DNA of 64,000 nt from Paraphysomonas bandaiensis (lineage: Eukaryota > Protista > Chrysophyceae): the NCBI GenBank assembly GCA_965644295.1, contig CBFFRP010000620.1, forward strand, positions 1 through 64,000, written 5' to 3'. The number at the start of each line of letters is the position of its first letter. Within the stretch, counting starts at the first letter, position 1. Shown here in pieces: positions 19,215 through 33,276 of this stretch. Made by a program: the position numbers and the translations under genes. The notes below the pieces were generated by a model, which saw nothing but the letters and a program-made list of their open reading frames with translations, ran no database searches and was not told the origin of the DNA.

Positions 19215-20846
19215 TCAAAGGTCATCCAAAGGATTGTCATCTCCTTGTTGATCCTCTTCAACATCAAGTTGATCTCTGGTAAGGATACGTACATCTCCAG
19301 GACGCTTAACATCACCTGGATTCCTTTTTAATTGCCCTGGGTTACCACCAAAACGGCGTTGAGGAGGCGTTGTTAGACTTGGCCTTGGCATTACCACCAT
19401 ACCCATTTTCGTGTTCATGACTTTCAAAGCATCAATGAGAATAGCCTTATCATGAGAAAATTTACATGATTTGTCTTTGCAACCTCCCTCTTGCATCATT
19501 TCTCTAAAACATGGAGCAGATTTCTGTGCTTCAACAGTTGCCAGCAAATCCTCTTCATGTTTTAGTACGCATAACTCATCATCAATAATTTCCTCCTCGT
19601 CACAATACTCATTTACGTCATCAACATGTTTGAGTTCCTTAACTTTCTTATTATCCTTATCACTCGAAAACTTAAATCGACTCTTAAACTGATTATACTT
19701 CTCATGTAATTCTCGAGTAATTTTCCAGATTTTAAAAAACTCAGACAAAAACAGTTGCACAGAAGTAAAGTTTTCTGTCCTCAAAAGTCTTCTGAAAGTA
19801 TCACGCATGCAATAAGGAATCAAACTAAACCATTCAGCTAAAGAACCACCTCTCTTAGTTGTAATCAGAGGAATACTATCTCTCAGGTCATTCTGCTTGG
19901 CTGCTTCCTCTAGAAACTCATACCTCTGTAAGAACTTAGTTTCCAGAATACAAAGATCCTCGTCAACCTTACGAAAATTCTCCAACTTTTCCATTGAGAC
20001 TTTATACGACTCACATGACGAAGCTAACATTTTGTTGAATTGCATCACATCAAATGGCCTAAAATGACGTCTTGCTGCCGCAATAAGATCCGTAATACTG
20101 GCATCATTACATTCAATCTGACTAGGATACACATTGGGTTTAATTTCCTTAAGAGTATGCCTAATCAACTCCTTAGCCCTTCCATCCAACAACGCATAAA
20201 CTGATGGTATAGGTCTATTACGATTCATTTTCTCAAACTCCGCAATTTTCTCCAAAAACACCAAGAAACCATCAAGAGTAATTACTGACAGCTTTATACC
20301 ATACTTCTTTGGATCCTTTTCTGCTGCTACTGTAACCTCACTTGAGCCGTTTCTCTCAATTTCCTGTAAAGCTTCTTGCAATGTAAGACGCTGATGTGTA
20401 CCCACTGGCCGCTCATCTTCTGATTTAAGAGCCAATGTCGCATTCATAACACCTTCACGCACAGCATTCTCAATACGTGTCTGCAACAAATCAGGGTCTA
20501 TATACTGCTGCTCACGCTGTTCAATTGCTGTAACTACAGGCTCTAGTCCAACAACTTCATTACCATTTGATTTCGACTCCTCGAATGGTATTTCTGAGAA
20601 CTGATCAGCTTGTACGATTTCTGAATTTGCTCTCGATGACCTTCCAGACCTCCTCTGTCGAAGCTCCTCGAGACTCTGTTGAACATACTGATTGAACACC
20701 TGTTGCTCGTGATAACGTTGCTCATTACGTTGTTCACGCTGCTCATTACGTTGTTCAATATTATCCAAACGCTGAAACAGTTGCTGGATATACAGTGGAA
20801 TCTGCTCCTCCTCGGCTCCATCATCTGTTCCCTCCATAACACTCAA
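19215..20846 (-). CDS. gag: Gag-like protein with a coiled-coil N-terminus and a CCCH zinc finger
   Basis: 543-aa ORF between the 5' LTR and pol; CFREMMQEGGCKDKSCKFSH. The exact start codon is uncertain (ATG at ~20837). Confidence 0.85.
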   Translation of the reverse strand: MSVMEGTDDGAEEEQIPLYIQQLFQRLDNIEQRNEQREQRNEQRYHEQQVFNQYVQQSLEELRQRRSGRSSRANSEIVQADQFSEIPFEESKSNGNEVVGLEPVVTAIEQREQQYIDPDLLQTRIENAVREGVMNATLALKSEDERPVGTHQRLTLQEALQEIERNGSSEVTVAAEKDPKKYGIKLSVITLDGFLVFLEKIAEFEKMNRNRPIPSVYALLDGRAKELIRHTLKEIKPNVYPSQIECNDASITDLIAAARRHFRPFDVMQFNKMLASSCESYKVSMEKLENFRKVDEDLCILETKFLQRYEFLEEAAKQNDLRDSIPLITTKRGGSLAEWFSLIPYCMRDTFRRLLRTENFTSVQLFLSEFFKIWKITRELHEKYNQFKSRFKFSSDKDNKKVKELKHVDDVNEYCDEEEIIDDELCVLKHEEDLLATVEAQKSAPCFREMMQEGGCKDKSCKFSHDKAILIDALKVMNTKMGMVVMPRPSLTTPPQRRFGGNPGQLKRNPGDVKRPGDVRILTRDQLDVEEDQQGDDNPLDDL

Positions 20847-20905
20847 AATGAATTAAACTCAACAATATCCAATGTTTACTGTTCTTCTACTCAGAGTAAT
20901 ATTAC

Positions 20906-21361
20906 TGTGATGTTTCTGAGAACTAGAAACACGTGAAAGACAAAAAGCTCTCTCTAAAAACGTTTTAACAGATTTAGAGTGTACGCCAGCGGGCTGCTAC
21001 ACTGTTAAGTCTACCAGCGGGTAGAACTCCTCCACACAAACGCAAACCGCGAATGAGCTTAATTGAATCGTTATTAAAACGTTATATAGAAAAGAATGAG
21101 TAACACAGCTATACATCTCTACAGTGTAACACACACATACACATACATCATGTTCAGCATTTCACTTCAACACACAACACACCCGATTAGAAGTATTTTA
21201 TCCGGTATGTATGTACAGCTTCAACACTCTGAGAGTAGAAACTGAAAATAAAACTGAAAACTGAAAATACTAAAACACTCTGTACGTGTTAGAGAGTACA
21301 ACAGAAGAGTAACATATCATACTACTAATAACGCAGTATAAGTAACCAGTACTGCGTGACA
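20906..21361 (-). repeat. 5' LTR (456 bp)
   Basis: Near-identical direct repeat of 14566-15020. Confidence 0.95.
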
Positions 21362-24300
21362 CACACTCATGATACTGTAAGACTGATGACACACTCATGA
21401 TACTGTAAGACTGATGACACACTCATGATGCTGATGTTCTGATGACACACTCATGATGCTGATGTTCTGATGACACACTCATGATACTGTAAGACTGATG
21501 ACACACTCATGATGCTGTAAGACTGATGACACACTCATGATGCTGATGTTCTGATGACACACTCATGATGCTGATGTTCTGATGACACACTCATGATACT
21601 GTAAGACTGATGACACACTCATGATGCTGTAAGACTGATGACACACTCATGATGCTGATGTTCTGATGACACACTCATGATACTGTAAGACTGATGACAC
21701 ACTCATGATACTGTAAGACTGATGACACACTCATGATGCTGTAAGACTGATGACACACTCATGATGCTGATGTTCTGATGACACACTCATGATACTGTAA
21801 GACTGATGACACACTCATGATGCTGTAAGACTGATGACACACTCATGATGCTGATGTTCTGATGACACACTCATGATACTGTAAGACTGATGACACACTC
21901 ATGATACTGTAAGACTGATGACACACTCATGATGCTGATGTTCTGATGACACACTCATGATACTGTAAGACTGATGACACACTCATGATGCTGATGTTCT
22001 GATGACACACTCATGATACTGTAAGACTGATGACACACTCATGATACTGTAAGACTGATGACACACTCATGATGCTGTAAGACTGATGACACACTCATGA
22101 TGCTGATGTTCTGATGACACACTCATGATGCTGTAAGACTGATGACACACTCATGATGCTGTAAGACTGATGACACATTCATGATGCTGTAAGACTGATG
22201 ACACACTCATGATGCTGATGTTCTGATGACACACTCATAATGCTGATGATCTAATGACACACTCATGATACTGTAAGACTGATGACACACTCATGATACT
22301 GTAAGACTGATGACACACTCATTATGCTGATGTTCTGATGACACACTCATGATACTGTAAGACTGATGACACACTCATGATACTGTAAGACTGATGACAC
22401 ACTCATGATGCTGTAAGACTGATGACACACTCATGATGCTGATGTTCTGATGACACACTCATGATGCTGTAAGACTGATGACACACTCATGATGCTGTAA
22501 GACTGATGACACATTCATGATGCTGTAAGACTGATGACACACTCATGATGCTGATGTTCTGATGACACACTCATAATGCTGATGATCTAATGACACACTC
22601 ATGATACTGTAAGACTGATGACACACTCATGATACTGTAAGACTGATGACACACTCATTATGCTGATGTTCTGATGACACACTCATGATGCTGATGTTCT
22701 GATGACACACTCATGATACTGTAAGACTGATGACACACTCATGATGCTGTAAGACTGATGACACACTCATGATGCTGATGTTCTGATGACACACTCATGA
22801 TGCTGATGTTCTGATGACACACTCATGATACTGTAAGACTGATGACACACTCATGATACTGTAAGACTGATGACACACTCATGATGCTGATGTTCTGATG
22901 ACACACTCATGATACTGTAAGACTGATGACACACTCATGATGCTGATGTTCTGATGACACACTCATGATACTGTAAGACTGATGACACACTCATGATGCT
23001 GTAAGACTGATGACACACTCATGATGCTGATGTTCTGATGACACACTCATAATGCTGATGATCTAATGACACACTCATGATACTGTAAGACTGATGACAC
23101 ACTCATGATGCTGTAAGACTGATGACACACTCATGATGCTGATGTTCTGATGACACACTCATGATGCTGATGTTCTGATGACACACTCATGATACTACTG
23201 TAAGACTGATGACACACTCATGATGCTGATGTTCTGATGACACACTCATGATACTGTAAGACTGATGACACACTCATGATGCTGTAAGACTGATGACACA
23301 CTCATGATGCTGATGTTCTGATGACACACTCATGATGCTGATGTTCTGATGACACACTCATGATACTGTAAGACTGATGACACACTCATGATACTGTAAG
23401 ACTGATGACACACTCATGATGCTGTAAGACTGATGACACACTCATGATGCTGATGTTCTGATGACACACTCATGATGCTGTAAGACTGATGACACACTCA
23501 TGATACTGTAAGACTGATGACACACTCATGATGCTGTAAGACTGATGACACACTCATGATGCTGATGTTCTGATGACACACTCATAATGCTGATGATCTA
23601 ATGACACACTCATGATACTGTAAGACTGATGACACACTCATGATACTGTAAGACTGATGACACACTCATTATGCTGATGTTCTGATGACACACTCATGAT
23701 GCTGATGTTCTGATGACACACTCATGATACTGTAAGACTGATGACACACTCATGATACTGTAAGACTGATGACACACTCATGATGCTGATGTTCTGATGA
23801 CACACTCATGATGCTGATGTTCTGATGACACACTCATGATACTGTAAGACTGATGACACACTCATGATGCTGTAAGACTGATGACACACTCATGATACTG
23901 TAAGACTGATGACACACTCATGATGCTGATGTTCTGATGACACACTCATGCTACTGTAAGACTGATGACACACTCATGATGCTGATGTTCTGATCACACA
24001 CTCATGATACTGTAAGACTGATGACACACTCATGATGCTGATGTTCTGATGACACACTCCTGATGCTGATGTTCTGATGACACACTCATGATACTGTAAG
24101 ACTGATGACACACTCATGATGCTGATGCTCTGATGACACACTCATGATACTGTAAGACTGATGACACACTCATGATGCTGATGTTCTGATGACACACTCA
24201 TGATACTGTAAGACTGATGACACACTCATGATGCTGATGTTCTGATGACACACTCATGATACTGTAAGACTGATGACACACTCATGATGCTGATGCTCTG

Positions 24301-27300
24301 ATGACACACTCATGATACTGTAAGACTGATGACACACTCATGATGCTGATGTTCTGATGACACACTCATGATACTGTAAGACTGATGACACACTCATGAT
24401 GCTGTAAGACTGATGACACACTCATGATGCTGATGTTCTGATGACACACTCATGATACTGTAAGACTGATGACACACTCATGATACTGTAAGACTGATGA
24501 CACACTCATGATGCTGATGTTCTGATGACACACTCATGCTACTGTAAGACTGATGACACACTCATGATGCTGATGCTCTGATGACACACTCATGATGCTG
24601 ATGTTCTGATGACACACTCATGATACTGTAAGACTGATGACACACTCATGATGCTGATGTTCTGATGACACACTCATGATGCTGTAAGACTGATGACACA
24701 CTCATGATGCTGTAAGACTGATGACACACTCATGATACTGTAAGACTGATGACACACTCATGATACTGTAAGACTGATGACACACTCATGATGCTGATGT
24801 TCTGATGACACACTCATGATACTGTAAGACTGATGACACACTCATGATGCTGATGTTCTGATGACACACTCATGATACTGTAAGACTGATGACACACTCA
24901 TGATACTGTAAGACTGATGACACACTCATGATGCTGATGTTCTGATGACACACTCATGATACTGTAAGACTGATGACACACTCATGATGCTGATGTTCTG
25001 ATGACACACTCCTGATGCTGATGCTGTAAGACTGATGACACACTCATGATGCTGATGTTCTGATGACACACTCATGATGCTGATGTTCTGATGACACACT
25101 CATGATACTGTAAGACTGATGACACACTCATGATGCTGTAAGACTGATGACACACTCATGATGCTGATGTTCTGATGACACACTCATGATACTGTAAGAC
25201 TGATGACACACTCATGATGCTGTAAGACTGATGACACACTCATGATGCTGATGTTCTGATGACACACTCATGATACTGTAAGACTGATGACACACTCATG
25301 ATGCTGATGTTCTGATGACACACTCATGATACTGTAAGACTGATGACACACTCATGATGCTGATGTTCTGATGACACACTCCTGATGCTGATGCTGTAAG
25401 ACTGATGACACACTCATGATGCTGATGCTCTGATGACACACTCATGATGCTGATGTTCTGATGACACACTCATGATACTGTAAGACCGATGACACACTCA
25501 TGATGCTGATGTTCTGATGACACACTCATGATGCTGTAAGACTGATGACACACTCATGATGCTGTAAGACTGATGACACACTCATGATACTGTAAGACTG
25601 ATGACACACTCATGATACTGTAAGACTGATGACACACTCATGATGCTGATGTTCTGATGACACACTCATGATACTGTAAGACTGATGACACACTCATGAT
25701 GCTGATGTTCGGATGACACACTCATGATACTGTAAGACTGATGACACACTCATGATACTGTAAGACTGATGACACACTCATGATGCTGATGTTCTGATGA
25801 CACACTCATGATACTGTAAGACTGATGACACACTCATGATGCTGATGTTCTGATGACACACTCCTGATGCTGATGCTGTAAGACTGATGACACACTCATG
25901 ATGCTGATGTTCTGATGACACACTCATGATGCTGATGTTCTGATGACACACTCATGATACTGTAAGACTGATGACACACTCATGATGCTGTAAGACTGAT
26001 GACACACTCATGATGCTGATGTTCTGATGACACACTCATGATGCTGTAAGACTGATGACACACTCATGATACTGTAAGACTGATGACACACTCATGATGC
26101 TGATGTTCTGATGACACACTCATGATACTGTAAGACTGATGACACACTCATGATGCTGATGTTCTGATGACACACTCATGATACTGTAAGACTGATGACA
26201 CACTCATGATGCTGATGTTCTGATGACACACTCATGATGCTGATGTTCTGATGACACACTCATGATGCTGATGTTCTGATCACACACTCATGATACTGTA
26301 AGACTGATGACACACTCATGATGCTGTAAGACTGATGACACACTCATGATGCTGATGTTCTGATGACACACTCATGATACTGTAAGACTGATGACACACT
26401 CATGATACTGTAAGACTGATGACACACTCATGATGCTGATGTTCTGATGACACACTCATGATACTGTAAGACTGATGACACACTCATGATGCTGTAAGAC
26501 TGATGACACACTCATGATGCTGATGTTCTGATGACACACTCATGATACTGTAAGACTGATGACACACTCATGATGCTGTAAGACTGATGACACACTCATG
26601 ATGCTGATGTTCTGATGACACACTCATGATGCTGTAAGACTGATGACACACTCATGATACTGTAAGACTGATGACACACTCATGATGCTGATGTTCTGAT
26701 GACACACTCATGATACTGTAAGACTGATGACACACTCATGATGCTGATGTTCTGATGACACACTCATGATGCTGATGTTCTGATCACACACTCATGATAC
26801 TGTAAGACTGATGACACACTCATGATGCTGTAAGACTGATGACACACTCATGATGCTGATGTTCTGATGACACACTCATGATACTGTAAGACTGATGACA
26901 CACTCATGATGCTGATGTTCTGATGACACACTCATGATGCTGATGTTCTGATCACACACTCATGATACTGTAAGACTGATGACACACTCATGATGCTGTA
27001 AGACTGATGACACACTCATGATGCTGATGTTCTGATGACACACTCATGATACTGTAAGACTGATGACACACTCATGATACTGTAAGACTGATGACACACT
27101 CATGATGCTGATGTTCTGATGACACACTCATGATACTGTAAGACTGATGACACACTCATGATGCTGTAAGACTGATGACACACTCATGATGCTGATGTTC
27201 TGATGACACACTCATGATACTGTAAGACTGATGACACACTCATGATACTGTAAGACTGATGACACACTCATGATGCTGATGTTCTGATGACACACTCATG

Positions 27301-30300
27301 CTACTGTAAGGTAAGACTGATGACACACTCATGATGCTGATGCTCTGATGACACACTCATGATGCTGATGTTCTGATGACACACTCATGATACTGTAAGA
27401 CTGATGACACACTCATGATGCTGATGTTCTGATGACACACTCATGATGCTGTAAGACTGATGACACACTCATGATGCTGATGTTCTGATGACACACTCAT
27501 GATACTGTAAGACTGATGACACACTCATGATACTGTAAGACTGATGACACACTCATGATGCTGATGTTCTGATGACACACTCATGATACTGTAAGACTGA
27601 TGACACACTCATGATGCTGATGTTCTGATGACACACTCCTGATGCTGATGCTGTAAGACTGATGACACACTCATGATACTGTAAGACTGATGACACACTC
27701 ATGATGCTGATGTTCTGATGACACACTCCTGATGCTGATGCTGTAAGACTGATGACACACTCATGATGCTGATGTTCTGATGACACACTCATGATGCTGA
27801 TGTTCTGATGACACACTCATGATACTGTAAGACTGATGACACACTCATGATGCTGTAAGACTGATGACACACTCATGATGCTGATGTTCTGATGACACAC
27901 TCATGATGCTGATGTTCTGATGACACACTCATGATGCTGTAAGACTGATGACACACTCATGATGCTGATGTTCTGATGACACACTCATGATACTGTAAGA
28001 CTGATGACACACTCATGATGCTGATGTTCTGATGACACACTCATGATACTGTAAGACTGATGACACACTCATGATGCTGTAAGACTGATGACACACTCAT
28101 GATGCTGATGTTCTGATGACACACTCATGATACTGTAAGACTGATGACACACTCATGATGCTGTAAGACTGATGACACACTCATGATGCTGATGTTCTGA
28201 TGACACACTCATGATGCTGATGTTCTGATGACACACTCCTGATGCTGATGCTGTAAGACTGATGACACACTCATGATACTGTAAGACTGATGACACACTC
28301 ATGATGCTGTAAGACTGATGACACACTCATGATGCTGATGTTCTGATGACACACTCATGATGCTGATGTTCTGATGACACACTCATGATGCTGTAAGACT
28401 GATGACACACTCATGATGCTGATGTTCTGATGACACACTCATGATACTGTAAGACTGATGACACACTCATGATGCTGATGTTCTGATGACACACTCATGA
28501 TACTGTAAGACTGATGACACACTCATGATGCTGTAAGACTGATGACACACTCATGATGCTGATGTTCTGATGACACACTCATGATACTGTAAGACTGATG
28601 ACACACTCATGATGCTGTAAGACTGATGACACACTCATGATGCTGATGTTCTGATGACACACTCATGATGCTGATGTTCTGATGACACACTCATGATGCT
28701 GTAAGACTGATGACACACTCATGATACTGTAAGACTGATGACACACTCATGATGCTGATGTTCTGATGACACACTCATGATGCTGTAAGACTGATGACAC
28801 ACTCATGATGCTGATGTTCTGATGACACACTCATGATACTGTAAGACTGATGACACACTCATGATGCTGATGTTCTGATGACACACTCATGATGCTGATG
28901 TTCTGATGACACACTCATGATGCTGATGTTCTGATCACACACTCATGATACTGTAAGACTGATGACACACTCATGATGCTGTAAGACTGATGACACACTC
29001 ATGATGCTGATGTTCTGATGACACACTCATGATACTGTAAGACTGATGACACACTCATGATGCTGATGTTCTGATGACACACTCATGATGCTGATGTTCT
29101 GATGACACACTCATGATACTGTAAGACTGATGACACACTCATGATGCTGTAAGACTGATGACACACTCATGATGCTGATGTTCTGATGACACACTCATGA
29201 TGCTGATGTTCTGATGACACACTCATGATGCTGATGCTGTAAGACTGATGACACACTCATGATACTGTAAGACTGATGACACACTCATGATGCTGATGTT
29301 CTGATGACACACTCATGATGCTGATGTTCTGATGACACACTCATGATGCTGATGCTGTAAGACTGATGACACACTCATGATACTGTAAGACTGATGACAC
29401 ACTCATGATGCTGATGTTCTGATGACACACTCATGATGCTGTAAGACTGATGACACACTCATGATGCTGATGTTCTGATGACACACTCATGATACTGTAA
29501 GACTGATGACACACTCATGATGCTGATGTTCTGATGACACACTCATGATGCTGATGTTCTGATGACACACTCATGATGCTGATGTTCTGATCACACACTC
29601 ATGATACTGTAAGACTGATGACACACTCATGATGCTGTAAGACTGATGACACACTCATGATGCTGATGTTCTGATGACACACTCATGATACTGTAAGACT
29701 GATGACACACTCATGATACTGTAAGACTGATGACACACTCATGATACTGTAAGACTGATGACACACTCATGATGCTGTAAGACTGATGACACACTCATGA
29801 TGCTGATGTTCTGATGACACACTCATGATACTGTAAGACTGATGACACACTCATGATGCTGATGTTCTGATGACACACTCATGATGCTGATGTTCTGATG
29901 ACACACTCATGCTACTGTAAGACTGATGACACACTCATGATGCTGATGCTCTGATGACACACTCATGATGCTGATGTTCTGATGACACACTCATGATACT
30001 GTAAGACTGATGACACACTCATGATGCTGATGTTCTGATGACACACTCATGATGCTGTAAGACTGATGACACACTCATGATGCTGTAAGACTGATGACAC
30101 ACTCATGATACTGTAAGACTGATGACACACTCATGATGCTGATGTTCTGATGACACACTCATGATGCTGATGTTCTGATGACACACTCATGATGCTGATG
30201 TTCTGATCACACACTCATGATACTGTAAGACTGATGACACACTCATGATGCTGTAAGACTGATGACACACTCATGATGCTGATGTTCTGATGACACACTC

Positions 30301-32372
30301 ATGATACTGTAAGACTGATGACACACTCATGATACTGTAAGACTGATGACACACTCATGATGCTGATGTTCTGATGACACACTCATGATACTGATGTTCT
30401 GATGACACACTCATGATACTGTAAGACTGATGACACACTCATGATACTGTAAGACTGATGACACACTCATGATGCTGATGTTCTGATGACACACTCATGA
30501 TACTGTAAGACTGATGACACACTCATGATACTGTAAGACTGATGACACACTCATGATGCTGATGTTCTGATGACACACTCATGCTACTGTAAGACTGATG
30601 ACACACTCATGATGCTGATGTTCTGATGACACACTCATGATGCTGATGTTCTGATGACACACTCATGATACTGTAAGACTGATGACACACTCATGATGCT
30701 GATGTTCTGATGACACACTCATGATACTGTAAGACTGATGACACACTCATGATGCTGTAAGACTGATGACACACTCATGATACTGTAAGACTGATGACAC
30801 ACTCATGATACTGTAAGACTGATGACACACTCATGATGCTGATGTTCTGATGACACACTCATGATACTGTAAGACTGATGACACACTCATGATGCTGATG
30901 TTCTGATGACACACTCATGATACTGTAAGACTGATGACACACTCATGATACTGTAAGACTGATGACACACTCATGATACTGTAAGACTGATGACACACTC
31001 ATGATGCTGTAAGACTGATGACACACTCATGATACTGTAAGACTGATGACACACTCATGATGCTGATGTTCTGATGACACACTCCTGATGATGATGCTGT
31101 AAGACTGATGACACACTCATGATACTGTAAGACTGATGACACACTCATGATGCTGATGTTCTGATGACACACTCATGATACTGTAAGACTGATGACACAC
31201 TCATGATGCTGATGTTCTGATGACACACTCATGATGCTGATGTTCTGATGACACACTCATGATACTGTAAGACTGATGACACACTCATGATGCTGTAAGA
31301 CTGATGACACACTCATGATGCTGATGTTCTGATGACACACTCATGATGCTGTAAGACTGATGACACACTCATGATACTGTAAGACTGATGACACACTCAT
31401 GATGCTGATGTTCTGATGACACACTCATGATACTGTAAGACTGATGACACACTCATGATACTGTAAGACTGATGACACACTCATGATGCTGATGTTCTGA
31501 TGACACACTCATGATGCTGATGTTCTGATGACACACTCATGATGCTGATGTTCTGATCACACACTCATGATACTGTAAGACTGATGACACACTCATGATG
31601 CTGTAAGACTGATGACACACTCATGATGCTGATGTTCTGATGACACACTCATGATACTGTAAGACTGATGACACACTCATGATACTGTAAGACTGATGAC
31701 ACACTCATGATGCTGATGTTCTGATGACACACTCATGATACTGTAAGACTGATGACACACTCATGATGCTGTAAGACTGATGACACACTCATGATGCTGA
31801 TGTTCTGATGACACACTCATGATACTGTAAGACTGATGACACACTCATGATACTGTAAGACTGATGACACACTCATGATGCTGATGTTCTGATGACACAC
31901 TCATGCTACTGTAAGACTGATGACACACTCATGATGCTGATGCTCTGATGACACACTCATGATGCTGATGTTCTGATGACACACTCATGATACTGTAAGA
32001 CTGATGACACACTCATGATGCTGATGTTCTGATGACACACTCATGATGCTGTAAGACTGATGACACACTCATGATGCTGATGTTCTGATGACACACTCAT
32101 GATACTGTAAGACTGATGACACACTCATGATACTGTAAGACTGATGACACACTCATGATGCTGATGTTCTGATGACACACTCATGATACTGTAAGACTGA
32201 TGACACACTCATGATGCTGATGTTCTGATGACACACTCATGATGCTGTAAGACTGATGACACACTCATGATGCTGATGTTCTGATGACACACTCATGATG
32301 CTGTAAGACTGATGACACAATCCTCATGATACTGTAAGACTGATGACACACTCCTGATGCTGATGTTCTGAT
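21362..32372. repeat. ~11-kb satellite array, 28-bp unit (~390 copies), three interleaved variants
   Basis: Units CACACTCATGATACTGTAAGACTGATGA, CACACTCATGATGCTGTAAGACTGATGA and CACACTCATGATGCTGATGTTCTGATGA, with rare 27-34-bp variants. Confidence 0.98.
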
Positions 32373-32821
32373 TGATGCTGCTCTACAGTCCACTTCAATG
32401 ATGCTGCTTTTAGAAGTTTGTCCCCTGAAAACCTCCTTTTTTTCCGTTGGACTAAAAATAGGGAGATTTATGCACCCCTGAAAGCCAATGCAGCAATCGA
32501 AGTCATTCATTCAGTTCTGAAGTGAAGGAAGATGAGCGCCATCACTCCCAGCATATGAAGATCTCAAGATGTCCTGCGGATCATAGAGTGAGTTATGCCC
32601 ACAGCTTCATGGACCCTCCTCCCCATAACACTCACAGGGACCATCGCTATATGCATACATGCTACAGATAGGCTAGATAGACATACACGTACATCTGTGT
32701 TATGTAGATATGTATATATGAGCTTATTGTTATGTTCGAGTGTTTGTTTTGATGCTCTGTAAGCCACTAATATATTGTGTGGTGCGAGATGGTATCTTAG
32801 ACAGTCACAGTGTGTAATCAA

Positions 32822-32955
32822 TGGATATAAGAACGACTAGGTTGAATACCAAAGTTGACTAGGTTGAGTCCTTTATTATTTTGACTAGGTTATTCCACCA
32901 AAAATAGCGTGACTAGGTAATTCAACCAATTTGACTAGGTTGAATAATATTTCCC
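32822..32955 (-). mobile_element. ACCTAGTC-motif MITE-like element, copy B
   Basis: GACTAGGTAATTCAACCAATTTGACTAGGTTGAATAATATTTCCC is the reverse complement of the 7757/59899 end; the left boundary is approximate. Confidence 0.65.
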
Positions 32956-33093
32956 GGTTTTTAACGCCTATTGCTCGTAATAAGACTTTCAATAAAAAGT
33001 ACATTTTCCTATATTTCAATAGTATGATCGCATTCACTACGCATGTGAAACCTTTACAATTAGCCACATGATATTGGAGACTGTTACATGTTT

Positions 33094-33197
33094 ACATGAA
33101 ACTTTACTGAAGAGTGGTACGAAGTAGAATAATATTCGATACTTTGTGGTCAGAAAACAAGATATATTACATTACAAGGAGCACGGCTAATCAAACA
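33094..33197 (+). repeat. ~103-bp direct repeat, copy 1 (copy 2 at 36757-36860)
   Basis: ACATGAAAC.TTACTGAAGAGTGGTAC...AAACAAGATATATTACATTAC.AGGAGCACGGCTAATC is shared by both copies. Confidence 0.8.
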
Positions 33198-33276
33198 GGG
33201 ACGGTGACAAGTGATATAAAGCGTATTTATGCAAACCCTTTGCTCCAGAAATTTGTCCTCTATTAGATCTGACAGT

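Larger units (their letters stand above)
14566..21361 (-). mobile_element. Full-length Ty3/Gypsy (chromovirus-like) LTR retrotransposon
   Basis: Two TG...CA LTRs, PPT, gag, and pol in PR-RT-RH-INT-chromodomain order. Confidence 0.97.

Noticed and set aside
14561-21366. Target-site duplication for the Gypsy element
   Set aside because: The flanks CGAAA and CACAC do not match.
27553-27816. ORFs inside or at the edge of the satellite (also 32265-32510)
   Set aside because: Chance stop-free frames through 28-bp repeats.
21362-32372. CRISPR-like array (constant repeat plus variable segment)
   Set aside because: The variable part is only 9 bp with three recurring states, not unique spacers; there are no cas genes and the context is eukaryotic.
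21362-32372. Satellite-encoded hammerhead ribozyme or C/D-box RNA (CTGATGA in nearly every unit)
   Set aside because: The required GAAA core and stems I-III are absent, and the C/D-like motifs overlap with no guide or terminal stem.
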